From: Alphaproteobacteria bacterium
Lineage (GTDB): Bacteria > Pseudomonadota > Alphaproteobacteria > MPNO01 > UBA830
Direction of reading: 5' to 3'
DNA length: 64,000 bases
Assembly: GCA_964291215.2 (NCBI GenBank)
Contig: OZ219790.1
Location: 864,001 to 928,000 of the forward strand
Made by a program: the position numbers and the translations under genes. The notes below the pieces were generated by a model, which saw nothing but the letters and a program-made list of their open reading frames with translations, did not search any database and was not told the DNA's origin. The first letter of the stretch is position 1, and every line of letters begins with the position of its first letter. Of this stretch, positions 40,302 to 52,483 are shown in pieces.

Positions 40302-41553
40302 GGATTACGCAACCTGATGTCTGGAAATTGTCGTGAAGCTCTCAGTCATCGAGCTGTTCCCATTTGATCTTGGTTTCGGTTTCCCATTTTTCGTCGATGA
40401 GGACCGCGGTTGAGAGGCGCTCCAACGAGGCGAGGTTCGGAAAGACCCTGACTTTGGAGGTGCGCCGCTTGAGCTCTTGCTGGATCGGTCGCTCGATGCC
40501 GTTCGAGGTTCGCATGCGCTTGTGGTGAGCATCGGGCAAGGTGAAGACAGCGAGCCCCGCATTGTTTTCCAGCCAGGAAGCCTGGATGCTTGTCGCGATA
40601 GCTGGCCACGAGGGTGCCCGGTTCAGCCTCGGCGGTTTGGAGTGAGGACGCATGGCTCCGAGCTGTTTTCCGATACGTTTCCTGATGCCGTTGTTCGGTG
40701 CACGGCGTTTTGTGCCAGGTGGAACTGGCAGCGCTGCCATGTCGCCGCGCCCAGCACCGCGCGTCGTGCCGCTTTCAGCCCGGCATGGTCATCCGAGACG
40801 ATGAAGGTCGTACCATGCAGGGCTAGCAAGCTTTCCAGGAAGGCTCTCCAATGGACCTCGGCCTCGGAGAGCGCCACAGAGAGCCCCAGAACGTGCCTGC
40901 AGCCCCTATTCCGATGGCCGAGAGTACCGCGACATCGCGCACAACGCCGTCATGGCGGGCTTTTTCATAGCGCGCATCCAGGTATTTCATCAGGGGCCGG
41001 TTGCGCGGCGAGTTCTTCATCGAGCAACCTGGTGGCCCGGCTGACCTGAGAAGAGGACAGGCTCCCGAACTCGCGCATTACATCCTGCCGCGTGGAAACA
41101 CCCTTGATGTACATCTCGGCTACAACCAGCATGACGGCGCGAGAAGATCGCTGGCCGCGTTCAAGCGACTGGGGGGTCGTCCCCGTGACCGGCCGTCTTT
41201 GGTACCTGAACGGTAACAGTGGGGGTGTCGATCCGCTTGTAGCCGTTGGCATAGCCCTGTCGTTCCGGTGTCCGGTGGCCCGCTTTCAAGTGCTGCTCGC
41301 GCTCGATTTGCATCGCAAGCTCGAAGAGCTGGCCAAAGACCCGCCCCAGATCCGTTGCTCCGTTTGCGATCAGATGTTCCAAAACGGCCTCAATCGTCGT
41401 AGTGTGTCGCAGGTCCAGTCGCTTCCTCCATGAAGGTTTACAGCTCCATGGGATAGCACGATGGCGCCGCGTTTCACTGGGGGGCTAGCCCCCCAGTGAA
41501 ACGCCTCAAAGCGCAAACCTCAGACAAATTTCCAGACATCAAGTTACAGTACC
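40302..41553 (-). mobile_element. IS256-family element, decayed
   Basis: IRs containing TGATGTCTGGAAATT; [41 protein letters not shown]. Confidence 0.8.
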
Positions 41554-43059
41554 TTCAGGGTCTTGGATGCGCTCTTGTTGATCTTGTGGCAGACCTCACG
41601 GAGCAGGCTCTTCATCAGTCGCGCGGTAGCCTCGACGACAAAGGTCAGTTCGCGCAGCAGGTGGCTGCCGCACAGCTGGTGGCTACACTGGCCCATGTAC
41701 GAGGCCCAGGACGCCCTTGTAGCACGGGCCGATCTCTTGCCCGCGCTTGCGGTGCGGGAACTTGCACGTCAGGGTCCCACGACATGGAGCCACTTACTGT
41801 TGATCCGAAATCGTCGACATCGGGCGTTGCAGGAGGTGCGCCACGGCGGCCTCCTCCCATGACGCATCGTGAAAGCATAGCCGAGGCCTCGGAGAGCTTG
41901 ATGCCGGAGATCGCCTGCACGAACGCGACGGCACGGCGCAGGGACAGCATCTGGGCGACCAGCAGGTTGATGACGAGGGCTTGGATGCCGTACTGCACGG
42001 GATGTTGTCGGGGAACCGGCCCCGGGCCTTGCACTTCGGGCATTCCTCGGCGTCGACGCAGCGCTCGACGACCTCGAACACGATGTCGTGCGGCGCTTCC
42101 GATCGATGGGGCCGTCGATGTCAGCGCCGCAGGCGTCGCAGGCCGCGACCGTCTCCTCGACGATGGTCTTGCGCAGGTTGTCGCCCATCTGCCGGTTCGG
42201 CTTCGGGCCGTTGCTCCCGGCACGCTCTTGTCCGTCTGTGACGGCGGCAGACCGGAGTTCCGGCTCGTGCGTGGTCTTCTCCAGAAGAACGACGATGAGG
42301 ATGTCGAGCAGGATGACGAGGACGCGGATCACGGGCTCTTTCGCCACCTTGCCGGCCGCACGTAGCGTCGCGGTCTTGGCCGCTTCGAACTCCTCGCGCG
42401 CCGCCCGTCGCCATCACCCGGCCTTGCGCTTCATCAGCGCGCCGCCTCCGAGATGCGTTTCCACATACAGATCATGCGGGGGCTGGAGCCCCGGAAGCAG
42501 CTGGCACAGCCCGCTCGTCGCCTTCGATCCAAAGTAGCCCACTGGCGGTCCCCGTCGTTCTCGATTACCACCACTAAACGAATCGGCCTGCAGTGTCAAA
42601 TCTCCACGAAAACCCGTTCATTACTCTACCCCGACATCAAGCCGGAACCAGGGGGTGAGCAGTTACGACGGAACAACATCGCCGCCGGGTCCGGCGCGTG
42701 GGCGGCAGTTGCGCCGGCGACGCGGAACGGTCTTTGCTGTGGGTTTCGAAGAGCACCCGGCATCTTGCGAAGTGTCTTGAGGAGCAGAGCTATTCGGCGT
42801 CGCACTCGCTTGTCGGGCGGCTTCTGGGCGAGCTTGGCTATACGCTGCAGGCCAACGCGAAGACCCGCGAAGGCGGCGTACACCCTGCCCGGGACGGGCA
42901 GTTCGGCCATATAAACGGGCAGGTTGCGGAGTTTCTTGCGGCCGGGGAGCGTAAGCGTTCGTTCGCACGGTGAGGTGTTGTTGCTCATACCACCGAACCA
43001 ACCCATATAGTGCTTCGAGGATCAGGATAGGCGATATGTTGTGCGATGTATACTCTTTA

Positions 43060-43228
43060 CGCGTTGATCTTCTATTAAATGGAGCGGTTCTTCGACAAGA
43101 TCAAGTAGTTCCGACGGGTCGCCACCCGTGATAACAAGACCGCACGGAACTTCCTCTCCGCCGTGCAGCTGGCCGCCAGCCGATTCTTGCTCCGCAGAAT
43201 CGCGAACCAATTATTTGAGCCCACAGCT
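43060..43228 (+). pseudogene. IS5-family right-end remnant
   Basis: Matches the 3' part of the element at 44631-45448. Confidence 0.75.
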
Positions 43229-43229
43229 A

Positions 43230-43449
43230 GTCATCTGGAACTGAAGTAAGTATGATTGTATGATGGCGGTTGGAGTGTGAACACGGAGATCATGGCGATG
43301 CCACGCGGTATGGGACGGCCCTTGGCGGTGCTGGTCTTGAGTGGTCAAGGCCGCCAGCGGCCGTCCCGTACCGCGCCCCATCGAGATAACCTCCATTGTC
43401 TGACTCGGGACACAACCATACAATGAACCTTACTTCAGTGTCACGTGAC
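43230..43449. mobile_element. ~220-bp MITE, probably IS630-derived (copy 1)
   Basis: Subterminal IR ACTGAAGTAAG / CTTACTTCAGT, TA flanks; near-identical copy at 45451-45671. Confidence 0.7.
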
Positions 43450-44630
43450 TAGTAGTCTACCGACATTGTATTGATGGTTTTCGGCGGGTAGTATTTCCGT
43501 GTCGACGTTCGTTGGAATCCGGACAGTGCCGATATCCACACGGGCAGATGCCGAACAGGCAGGCAGCCCCATGCGCAGGTCCGGACAACGGGCATGCTCG
43601 CAGGTCTTCGGCGCAATGACAGGAGCGTGGCCAACTCTCAGGGCAGGAAGCTCTACCGGATAACCCTTTCGGCGCAGGAGCGCCGGGATCTGAAGGCGAT
43701 CGTCGACGGCACCGGGGCCGCCTGGCACAGGTCCTGATGCTGAAGGGCGCTTGTCGATGCCGACATTGCGCTGGGCACGGCGACGGTCGAACGCTTGCGC
43801 AAGCGCTGCGTCCTGAAGGGTCCGGAGGCCGCCCTCAGCCGCAAGGAGCAGGTGAACCGTCGGCCGAAACGGGGGCGATGGAGGCGAATCTGGTCTCGTC
43901 CCCGCCCGAGGGCTGTGGACGCTGCTCGCCGGCCGTCTGGTGGAGATCGTCGAGCGCATTTCGGAAGAGACGGTCAGGAAGACGCTAAAAAAAAGAGATC
44001 AAGCCGTGGCTGAACTGGTGCATTCCACCGCACCGGAGCGCACAGTTCGTGGCGGCGGACGTGCTTGACATTTGTCAGCGGGACTTTGCCGGGGATGAGG
44101 TGCTGGTGTGCGAGGCCAGCCGGCAGCAGACGAAGGCCCCCCCCCCCCGTCCCCCGGTCAGCCGGAGGTGGTCGACTATGAATATGAGCGCAACGGCACG
44201 GCCAACCTCTTCATGGCCTTTGCGCCCAACGAGAACTGGCGCACGGTGAAAGTCACCGACCGCCGCGGGACTGGGCGCACTTCATCCAGGAGCTTGCCGA
44301 CGACCATTTCCCCGACAGGAAGATCGTGCTGGACAATCTGAACACGCACAGTCGCTGTATGAAGCCTTCGAGCCCGAGGAGGCGGGTGCGAAAGCGGTTC
44401 GAGTTTCGCTACACGCCGAAGCTGGCTCGACATGGCCGAGATCGGTGCGCTGTCGCGGCAGTGCCTTCGGCGACGCATTCCCGACCGTGACACCATGCGG
44501 CGGGAAACGGCAGCATGGGTGGAACGGCGCAATGCGGCCGATGTCACTGTCGACTGGCGTTTCACGACAAAGGATGCTCGGACGAAACTGAAGTCACTAT
44601 ATCCTTCAATCCAATAATGCCAGACTACTA
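43450..44630 (+). mobile_element. IS630-family element, decayed (copy 2)
   Basis: Ends TAGTAGTC / GACTACTA; same transposase fragments as copy 1. Confidence 0.85.
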
Positions 44631-45448
44631 GGCTGTGTACCCAAATGTTGACATTTTGCATGATCTGCCTCATTCTTGTCGAAAGCGATTCACAAGGAGA
44701 GTGAAGGATGAGCGGCGACCGACACGACATGAGCGACGCGGAATGGGAAGTTCTCCGCTCGGTGCTTCCTGACAAGCACTAGGGCCCGGAGCGGGTGCAT
44801 GACCGGAGGAACGGGATATTCTTCGTGCTTCGCACCGGTACGCCGTGGCGCGACCTGCGCTACGGTCCGTTTGCTTCAACCGCTTCAACCGGTGGAGCAA
44901 GAACGGCACCTGGGCATGGAGAAGCTTCAAAGGCTTACGAGCGGTGATGACGGGAGCGACGATGGCCCGCCGGTTCATCTGCGCATGGTGAACTCCTCGT
45001 CGGTGCGCGTTCACAAGCTGGGATGTCCCGGGACGACGAGCCTTCGCAAATCGGGCCGTGGCGGACGAACGACGAAGGTCCATCTTGGCGAGAGGGTGAA
45101 GACCGTGTTCCTGACCCCGGGCCAAGCGGCCGACTGCGCGCAGGCGCTTCTCGCCGGGCATGGCGAGACGGTGGTCGGCGACAAGGCCTACGACACCGAC
45201 GCCATCTGATCGAGACGGCAGGAGCAACCGCGGTCATGAAATCCAACCGGACATCGCCACGGCCGCTTGACCGCGAGATCTACAGGATGCGCAACCTGGT
45301 CGAGCGGCTCTTCGGCAAGATCAAGGAGTTCCGACGAGTCGCCACCCGTTATGATAAGACCGCACGGAACTTCCTCTCCGCCGTGCAACTGGCTACCAGC
45401 CGATTCTTGCTCCGCAGAATCGCAGACCAATTATTTGAGTCCACAGCC
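44631..45448 (+). mobile_element. IS5-family (IS427 group) element, decayed
   Basis: IRs GGCTGTGTACCCAAAT / GGCTGTGGACTCAAAT; GDKAYD, RNLVERLFGKIKEFRRVATRYDK. Confidence 0.85.
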
Positions 45449-45450
45449 TA

Positions 45451-45671
45451 GTCATCTGGAACTGAAGTAAGCATGATTATATGATGGCGGTTGGAGTGTG
45501 AACACGAAGGTCATGGCGATGCCACGCGGTATGGGACGGCCTTTGGCGGGTGCTGGTCTTGAGTGGTCAAGGCCGCCAGCGACCGTCCCGTACCGCGCCC
45601 CATCGAGATAACCTCCATTGTCCGACTCGGGACACAACCTTACAATGAACCTTACTTCAGTGTCACCTGAC
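45451..45671. mobile_element. ~220-bp MITE (copy 2)
   Basis: Near-identical to 43230-43449. Confidence 0.7.
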
Positions 45672-45804
45672 TAGCACAGGTTCGCAGTTCCGTTGCACCT
45701 GCGGGCGATGAAATCTTCCCACCCGCTTTCCGCCGTTCGCGGATCGACAAGTGAAATCATGACGCTCATCCGGGCCTCCCCGGGCTGTGGTTTTCTGTGT
45801 CTGG

Positions 45805-46836
45805 CTACGCGGCGACGACCGCTTCGGCAGCAATGCTCTCACGCAAAAGGGTGCGCATGGCAAGCCCCGGCGCATCGACGTTGATGTCGATCCAACGGGT
45901 GTCAGGATCCCTGTCGAGCGCGGCCTGCTGCGCCTCGACGATCGCCACGTCTTCCATGAATATCCTGTAGAAATCGCGGCGATAGACCTCGTCCATCGCG
46001 GCGCTGTCGGTCTTGAAGAAGTGGGCATGCGCGTAGAAGAAGTGAGTGCTGATCGCGGTCTCAGGCGTCGGCGCGTTGAGCGCGTGATAGGCGATGCCTT
46101 GTGGTCGTTCACCTTCCAGCACGCCACTGCCGACTTCGGCGCTGCCGACGTTGACGTCGATCAGGGCCGGCAGTGCCGCCTCGACAATCATCCAGCGATC
46201 CACGTTTCCCTCGAACTCCCCGGCCGCGCGGTGGAACGGCGGTGGCACCACGTCGGCCATCAGCCGCGTCATGACAACCCGGTCGGTTTTCCGCTCAGTG
46301 CGCACCGGGAACCTCACCACGGCATCGCTGCCGATGGTGTCGGGATGGACGTAGCCGACATGACTCAGATCGAGCAAGTTGTCGGTGAGCAGCTCGTAAT
46401 TGCTGCGCGTGTGGATCGGTCTGCCCTCGTTGCCGGGGACGACCTTCCATTCGGGGTGGTCCATGAACCACCAGTCGGGAATCGCGGATTCGTCGGCGTG
46501 GGCGGAATCTCCCATCCAGATCCAGACCCAGCGCTCGGCAAGGGGATAGGTACGCACCGCGGCCCCTGGCGGGACGGCGCTCTGGCTCGGGACATGGCGA
46601 CAGCGCCCTCCGGCATCGAACTGCAGGCCGTGATAGCCACACCGGATTCCGTCTCCGACGACCTCGCCCATCGAGAGCGGCAGCTGCCGGTGACAGCACC
46701 GGTCCTCGAGCGCGACCGGCGTTCCATCATCGATCCGGAACAGTACCACCGGCTCATCCAGCAACGTACGGGCGAGCGGTACATTCGTAACCTCGCTGCC
46801 CCAGGCCGCGACATACCACGCGTTGCGCAGAAACAT
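45805..46836 (-). CDS. Rieske non-heme iron oxygenase, VanA/O-demethylase-like
   Basis: MFLRNAWYVAAW; Rieske C-x-H (DRCCHR) and CGYHG; iron site DNLLDLSHVGYVH; distal ED. Confidence 0.9.
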   Translation of the reverse strand: MFLRNAWYVAAWGSEVTNVPLARTLLDEPVVLFRIDDGTPVALEDRCCHRQLPLSMGEVVGDGIRCGYHGLQFDAGGRCRHVPSQSAVPPGAAVRTYPLAERWVWIWMGDSAHADESAIPDWWFMDHPEWKVVPGNEGRPIHTRSNYELLTDNLLDLSHVGYVHPDTIGSDAVVRFPVRTERKTDRVVMTRLMADVVPPPFHRAAGEFEGNVDRWMIVEAALPALIDVNVGSAEVGSGVLEGERPQGIAYHALNAPTPETAISTHFFYAHAHFFKTDSAAMDEVYRRDFYRIFMEDVAIVEAQQAALDRDPDTRWIDINVDAPGLAMRTLLRESIAAEAVVAA

Positions 46837-47002
46837 TGGCACCTCGTTCGGTTATCTCTTGCGGCGCCAGTCTAGGCATCAGACCGGAGCTTGTCTCCCG
46901 CTTCCGGCGGCTACGCCCCGGCGGTCTGACACGGGTGCCTCCGGAAAGGAGTGACGCCTATCGCCACACCGCGACAAGGAACGGTGTGAGTGGAGGAATA
47001 TC

Positions 47003-47170
47003 ATGAAGACCGGCGTGACCATCGGCTATTCGGGCTCCAGCTTCTCGGTACCACCCGAGGAGATCCACGAGATCGAGAGGCTCGGCTACGCTTCCGCCCG
47101 GATCTCAAAGGCCTACGGCTCCAGCATCGTCATACCGGCGACCCTGCAGCCCAGCATGATGATCCCGCGC
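47003..47170 (+). pseudogene. LLM-class oxidoreductase N-terminal fragment
   Basis: MKTGVTIGYSG...EIERLGY...AYGS; cut off by the IS1634 end. Confidence 0.45.
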
Positions 47171-47172
47171 TG

Positions 47173-48900
47173 CTAAACCGAAGTTCCAGTCACAATCAGA
47201 CGCATCATTTTGCATGTATTGACGTTCGAGAGAATCGGGTGTGTCGCTACCGGGAACGCTACAGGCGCACGCCGAGGTGGTCCAGGGCCTTTCTCTGAAG
47301 TGAGGTGGGGCGTGTGGTGACCTGGAAGGGATCGGTGCTTGCAAGGCGGGGAGCCACGGTGTTGCGGGTGAGGGTGGCGAGGTCGCCGAGGAGCGTGCGG
47401 AAACTGTGCACCGGATCTCCGTCAGCGTTCCGCTTGCTGCCGGCCTTGGCCCGGGCGCTCTCCGATACCCTTGCCGGTGCCACGATGGGCGGCCACCGGG
47501 CGCCTTCGCCATCCTCGTCCTCGAACAGCAGGGGCTTCAATCTCTGACGCATGTGCCATTCGACGTAGTAGGCGAGCATACACAGGAAGATGTGGGCCCG
47601 GGGTTTGGTGCGGTGGTAGACGGGACGGACCTTCAGGTCCTTGAGGCTGCGGAAGGCCCGTTCCACGGAGCTCAGCCGCTTGCAGGCGCGTACCGTGCCG
47701 GGACCGTCGAGCTCGCTCTGCGGCAGACTGGTGCGGACCACGTAGAGGAGCCTGGCCTCGGCAGCGATGGCAGCCTCATCGCGCCCATAGGTGAAGACAC
47801 CGTCATCGTCGATGGACCACGTGAAGTGCTTCGCCATCTTGTACCGACCTTGCCGATCCGCTCCCCGATCTTCCCGGCGCTTGTCGCGCCGTGTCGCTGC
47901 GGCAATCGGTGCGAGCCTCGGTGGCCTCGAGCAGCTCCTGACGCTTGCGAGCCCGGTCCTCGGCCAGCAAGGGGTTGCGGCAGAGGCGCTCGCCGGGATA
48001 CGCATCGCTGGTGATCTCCACCAGGGCTCTCTCGTCGAAGAGCGACATCTCGATGTCGCCGGCCTCCACCAGTGAACGGATGCCCCTCAAGGCGCTGATC
48101 TAGGCCCGCAGGCTTCACCTCCTCGCGCGCCTCGGTCCCCCGATCCCCCACCAGCACCACCTTCGCAAGGGAGAACCGCTCCTGCAGCGTGGCGATCTGC
48201 GAGGACAGCGTCGCCGGGTTCGCCGTGTTGCCGGGAAACACCTGCACCGACACCCGTCCCGATCACACAGAAGGCCGACTGCAGCTTGCCCTTCTTGCCA
48301 TCCCGGGAATGACCTCGCCTGGCCAAGGGGCACGCTCTCCCCTCCATCCACACGGAAGTCAGGAGCACCAGGCAGCCCTCTTCGAGGTGCCGCTTCGCCA
48401 GGGATCGCTCGATCCTCTCCTGACGCTCCAGGAGCCGGCGCCGTAGAGGACATCCTCGTCCCCTTCCGCCTCGAGGATCTCGCCCAAGGTACTCGCCGCA
48501 GTGGCCTCGGCCAGCCCTCGGGCCAGCTTCGAAGCGGGTGCCAGGATCCTCGCCACGATCAGGGCCAGCACCTGATCGCGCCTGGGAGAGGGCTTCGGGT
48601 CGATCCGCCTGTCCAGCTTCTTCAGGGTTCCCAGCACTGCGGCGACATGACCATGGGGAAGGGAACGGACGATGTCGAAGGCATCGTCACCGAGGGGTTC
48701 GTTCTTCAAGAGGCGCCGCAGGATCTCGACCTTCCCCATAGGCCAAGAGGAGAGATTGGCGATGGTGCGTTTCCTGACCTTTCCGTTTTCGCGCCATCCT
48801 TCGCGCAGGAGGATGGCGGGGGGGGGGGGGGGGGGGGGGCGAATTGCGGTTGAGGATGATGTCTATATACATGGCAACGTATATAGAAGATCAAAATTTT
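47173..48900 (-). mobile_element. IS1634-family element, decayed (copy 1)
   Basis: GHSRDGKKGKLQ, VFPGNT, VGDRG, VERAFRSLK, FLCMLAYYVEWHM; end CTAAACCGAAGTTCCA. Confidence 0.85.
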
Positions 48901-48937
48901 ATATCAATAGGTTATTATACCTATACATAGTAATATT

Positions 48938-49190
48938 TTAGTACCGTCTCCGCGCCAGTTTACCAACAAGATCAACCGCTTGGAGAGATTCTGCCGCCGA
49001 AATCAGGGAGAACTTCGGGCTAATCGAGCGACGATCGGCGAGATTTTTCAGTCTGCGTCGCGCTGCAATCGTGCCGCCAAGGCTCGATGAGGCCTTCTTG
49101 ACGCGGAAAATTGCGATCAAGGAGGCGATTTATGATGACGCGAGCCCCGATGTACTCGGATTTCTCGTCTCCGAATCAGCATGGGATCGT
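48938..49190 (-). repeat. Diverged fragment of the transposon at 30098-37063 (empty IS66 site)
   Basis: 49019-49190 matches 33353-33420 joined to 36316-36400. Confidence 0.7.
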
Positions 49191-49460
49191 CATGGCAGCT
49201 CAGCAGGAATTCTTGACTTCAGGGCAGGGAATCTCGAAAGTCGCTGAATGGAATTGACCACATTGTCGGCAAAGTCTACTCATGGTGCGCTGGGCCAAGC
49301 CGTCGCGGACCTTCATCGAGTTGACCTAAAGAGTACGCCTGATCCAACAAACTGCAGGTTACGTAACGGTCGCCGCCTCGACGGGACAGCGGCCAGCCTG
49401 CCCGCACCAGATCCGCATCAGCAGCCGTCAGACTGCTCCTGACGGGAATGGAGAACATAC

Positions 49461-50216
49461 ATGACCTCCTTGAGAGTGGCTATCGTCACGGGAGGTGGCA
49501 CCGGCATTGGACGGGCCGCCGCGCTAGCGCTGCAGAAGACGGGACACTCCGTCGTCTTGGCCGGGCGCCGGCCCGAACCGCTGCAGGAAACCATCGCTAT
49601 GGGGTCCGATGACGGCCCTGACATGCTGGCCGTGCCCACGGACATCACCAATCCGGCACAGATCAAGGCACTTTTTGCCACGACCTGCGAGACATGCGGG
49701 CGTCTCGACTTGCTGTTCAACAACGCCGGGATCGGTACACCAAGGATCCCGATGGAGGACCTTGACCTCGTCGATTGGAAGCGCGTAGTCGACGTGAACC
49801 TCACCGGATCGTTCATCTGCGCGCAGGAAGCGATCAGGATCATGAAGCACCAAACACCGCGCGGGGGCCGGATCATCAACAACGGTTCGGTGTCTGCGCA
49901 CGTGCCGCGCCCCGACACAGTCGCCTACACGGCCACCAAGCACGCGATGACAGGCCTGACCAAGAGCATCGCCCTCGACGGTCGGCGTCACAATATCTCG
50001 TGCAGCCAGATCGACATCGGAAACGCCGACACGCCGCTCGCAAGCCACATGAAGCACGGCGTACCGCAGGCCAACGGGGGGATCATGGCGGAACCGGTGA
50101 TGGACGCCAAGCATTGCGGCGATGCCATCGCTTATATCGCCGACTTGCCGCCCGACGCTAACGTCCTGTTCATGACGATCATGGCAACCAAGATGCCCTT
50201 TGTCGGCCGCGGCTAG
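49461..50216 (+). CDS. Short-chain dehydrogenase/reductase
   Basis: [21 protein letters not shown]. Confidence 0.92.
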   Translation: MTSLRVAIVTGGGTGIGRAAALALQKTGHSVVLAGRRPEPLQETIAMGSDDGPDMLAVPTDITNPAQIKALFATTCETCGRLDLLFNNAGIGTPRIPMEDLDLVDWKRVVDVNLTGSFICAQEAIRIMKHQTPRGGRIINNGSVSAHVPRPDTVAYTATKHAMTGLTKSIALDGRRHNISCSQIDIGNADTPLASHMKHGVPQANGGIMAEPVMDAKHCGDAIAYIADLPPDANVLFMTIMATKMPFVGRG

Positions 50217-50252
50217 TGTTATGTCAGCAATGATATGTCGTACATTTGGTGC

Positions 50253-51447
50253 TAGTAGTCTGGCATTATTGGATTGAGGGATATAGTGACTTCAGTTTCG
50301 TCCGGGCATCCTTCGTCGTGAAACGCCAGTCGACAGTGACATCGGCCGCATTGCGGCGCTCGACCCACGCCACGGTCTCCCGCAGCATGGTGTCGCGGTC
50401 GGGAATGCGTCGTCAAAGGCACTGTCGCGACAGCGCACCGATCCTCGATCTCGGCCATGTTGAGCCAGCTTCCGTGCTTTGGCGTGTAGCGAAACTCGAA
50501 CCGCTTTCGCACCCGCCTCCTCGGGCTCGAAGGCTTCATACAGTGATGCGGGATTGTGCGTGTTCAGATTGTCCAGCACGATCTTCCTGTCGGGGAAATG
50601 GTCGTCGGCAAGCTCCCGGATGAAGTGCGCCCGGTCCCGCGGCGGTCGGTGACTTTCACCGTGCGCCAGTTCTCGTTGGGCGCAAAGGCCATGAAGAGGT
50701 TGGCCGTACCGTTGTGCTCATATTCATGGTCGACCACCTCCGGCTGACCGGGGGACGGGGGGTTTCCTTCGTCTGCTGCCGGCTGGTCTCGCACACCAGC
50801 ACCTCGTCCCCGGCAAAGTCCCGCTGATAAATGTCAAGCACATCCGCCGCCACGAACTGTGCGCTCCGGTGAGGTGGAATGCACCAGTTCAGCCACGGCT
50901 TGATCTCTTTTTTTTGAGCGTCTTCCTGACCGTCTCTTCCGAAATGCGCTCGACGATCTCCACCAGACGGCCGGCGAGCAGCGTCCACAGCCCTCGGGCG
51001 GGGACGAGACCAGCTTCGCCTCCATCGCCCCCGTTTCGGCCGACGGTTCACCTGCTCCTTGCGGCTGAGGGCGGCCTCCGGACCCTCCAGAACGCGGCGC
51101 AAGCGCTCGACCGTCGCCGTGCCCAGCGCAATGTCGGCATCGACAAGCCTCGCGCTCCTCAGCATCAGGACCTGTGCCAGGCGGCCCCGGTGCCCGATCG
51201 CCTTCAGATCCCGGCGCTCCTGCGCCGAAAAGCTCACCCGGTAGAGCTTCCTGCCCCGAGAGTTGGCCACGCTCCTGTCATTGCGCCGAAGACATGCGGG
51301 CATGCCCGTTGTCTGGACCTGCGCATGGGGCTGCCTGCCTGTTCGGCATCTTGCCCGTGTGGATATCGACACTGTCCGGATTCCAACGGATGCAGACACA
51401 GGAATACTACCCACCAAAATCATCAATACAATGTCGGTGAACTACTA
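50253..51447 (-). mobile_element. IS630-family element, decayed (copy 3)
   Basis: Same ends and transposase fragments as copies 1 and 2. Confidence 0.85.
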
Positions 51448-52366
51448 GAGCAGATCGACGCGTGGAAGAACAGGGACACCGGCAAGCCGATCTCCACCGT
51501 GCACCGGGTGCTGCAGAACACCGACCCGGGATGGATCGAGGATGCGGCGCAGCCGCAGGTCGGCAACTTGGCACGGGACCGGTATTCGATCCTCAACTGT
51601 CACGACGGGGAGATCGCTGCCGTCCACGGCGCCGGCCGTCTGCTCACCTTCGACGCGCTCCACACCACCCGCGAGGCTGATCGTCGAGACCCATCGCGCG
51701 GACTGGTGATCAAGGGCAACGCGCCCGAGACCTTCGAGAGCATCAACCGGAAGACCGCGAGCACGGGACGCTACAAAGCCCGCGCATGGCCGCCAGCGCA
51801 CCATCTTCACCCCGCTGGCGAAGATGACCAACTATGTCAAGCAGATCTTCCGCGTCACCCGGCACGTCGAATTCAGGAAATCCGGAAAACGCCATGACCT
51901 CAGCCGAACGCGCCTTGCCGCAACAGTTGCTCGCATGGAATCGCGGACACTGGGTAGTCGAGAGCCATCATCATGTCCGCGATGCCACCTTCCGCGAAGA
52001 CGACTCCATGCTCCGAACGCGCCCGCAAACAACGCGATCACCCTCGCAATCGCCGTCATCATCCGCAACAAGCGCAAGCTGCCCAAACCCTTCAACAGCT
52101 TCGTCGACACCACTATGCCGACAAGCGCAGACAGGTCCTGCACGCAATCACAAGACCAGGCTGACCGCGCCTCTCTCCCCGACAGAAACTGCAAGCTTCC
52201 GAGCCCGGCAACCAAGGCCTCTTGCTCGCCCCGGATACGCCGACCAATCGCGCCCCGCGCCGCAACAGCGCGTCAGCAAATCTCAAAATCGCAGCTTCGA
52301 ACGCGTCGACCCGCGCCGCGATCAGGACTCAGATCACATCACATCAACAAGCATGAGATCACCTTG
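51448..52366 (+). pseudogene. ISAs1-family transposase remnant
   Basis: TFDALHT, IKGNAP, RGHWVVE..HHVRDATFRED. Confidence 0.75.
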
Positions 52367-52372
52367 CCACCG

Positions 52373-52483
52373 ATGACGGACGAGCGCCCAGAGGACCCAT
52401 TGGGCCCCGAGCAGCAGACCACCCCGAAAGTCGATCCGGAGGACCTGGTGCTGCGCACTAAGCTTAGGCCGGTGACCCGAAAT
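52373..52483 (+). pseudogene. Possible TrbI/VirB10 N-terminal fragment
   Basis: MTDERPEDP...PKVDPEDLVLRTKLRPVTR resembles TrbI starts; truncated by IS. Confidence 0.4.

Larger units (their letters stand above)
38902..42666 (-). mobile_element. IS66-methyltransferase element, decayed, hosting IS630 and IS256
   Basis: Same ends as the 33421 copy; 8-bp TSD GACGGAAC at 38894-38901 and 42667-42674. Confidence 0.85.
38800..42950 (+). pseudogene. ISAzo13-family transposase remnant split by IS66 insertion
   Basis: RGGITQVS left of 38902; LLWVSKSTRHLA...LGYTLQANAKTREG..HP.RDGQFGHIN right of 42666. Confidence 0.7.

Noticed and set aside
48817-48839. Long G homopolymer (also a C run near 54015) as a phase-variation tract
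   Set aside because: It lies in a dead IS where the sister copy has ordinary sequence; probably slippage or a sequencing artefact.
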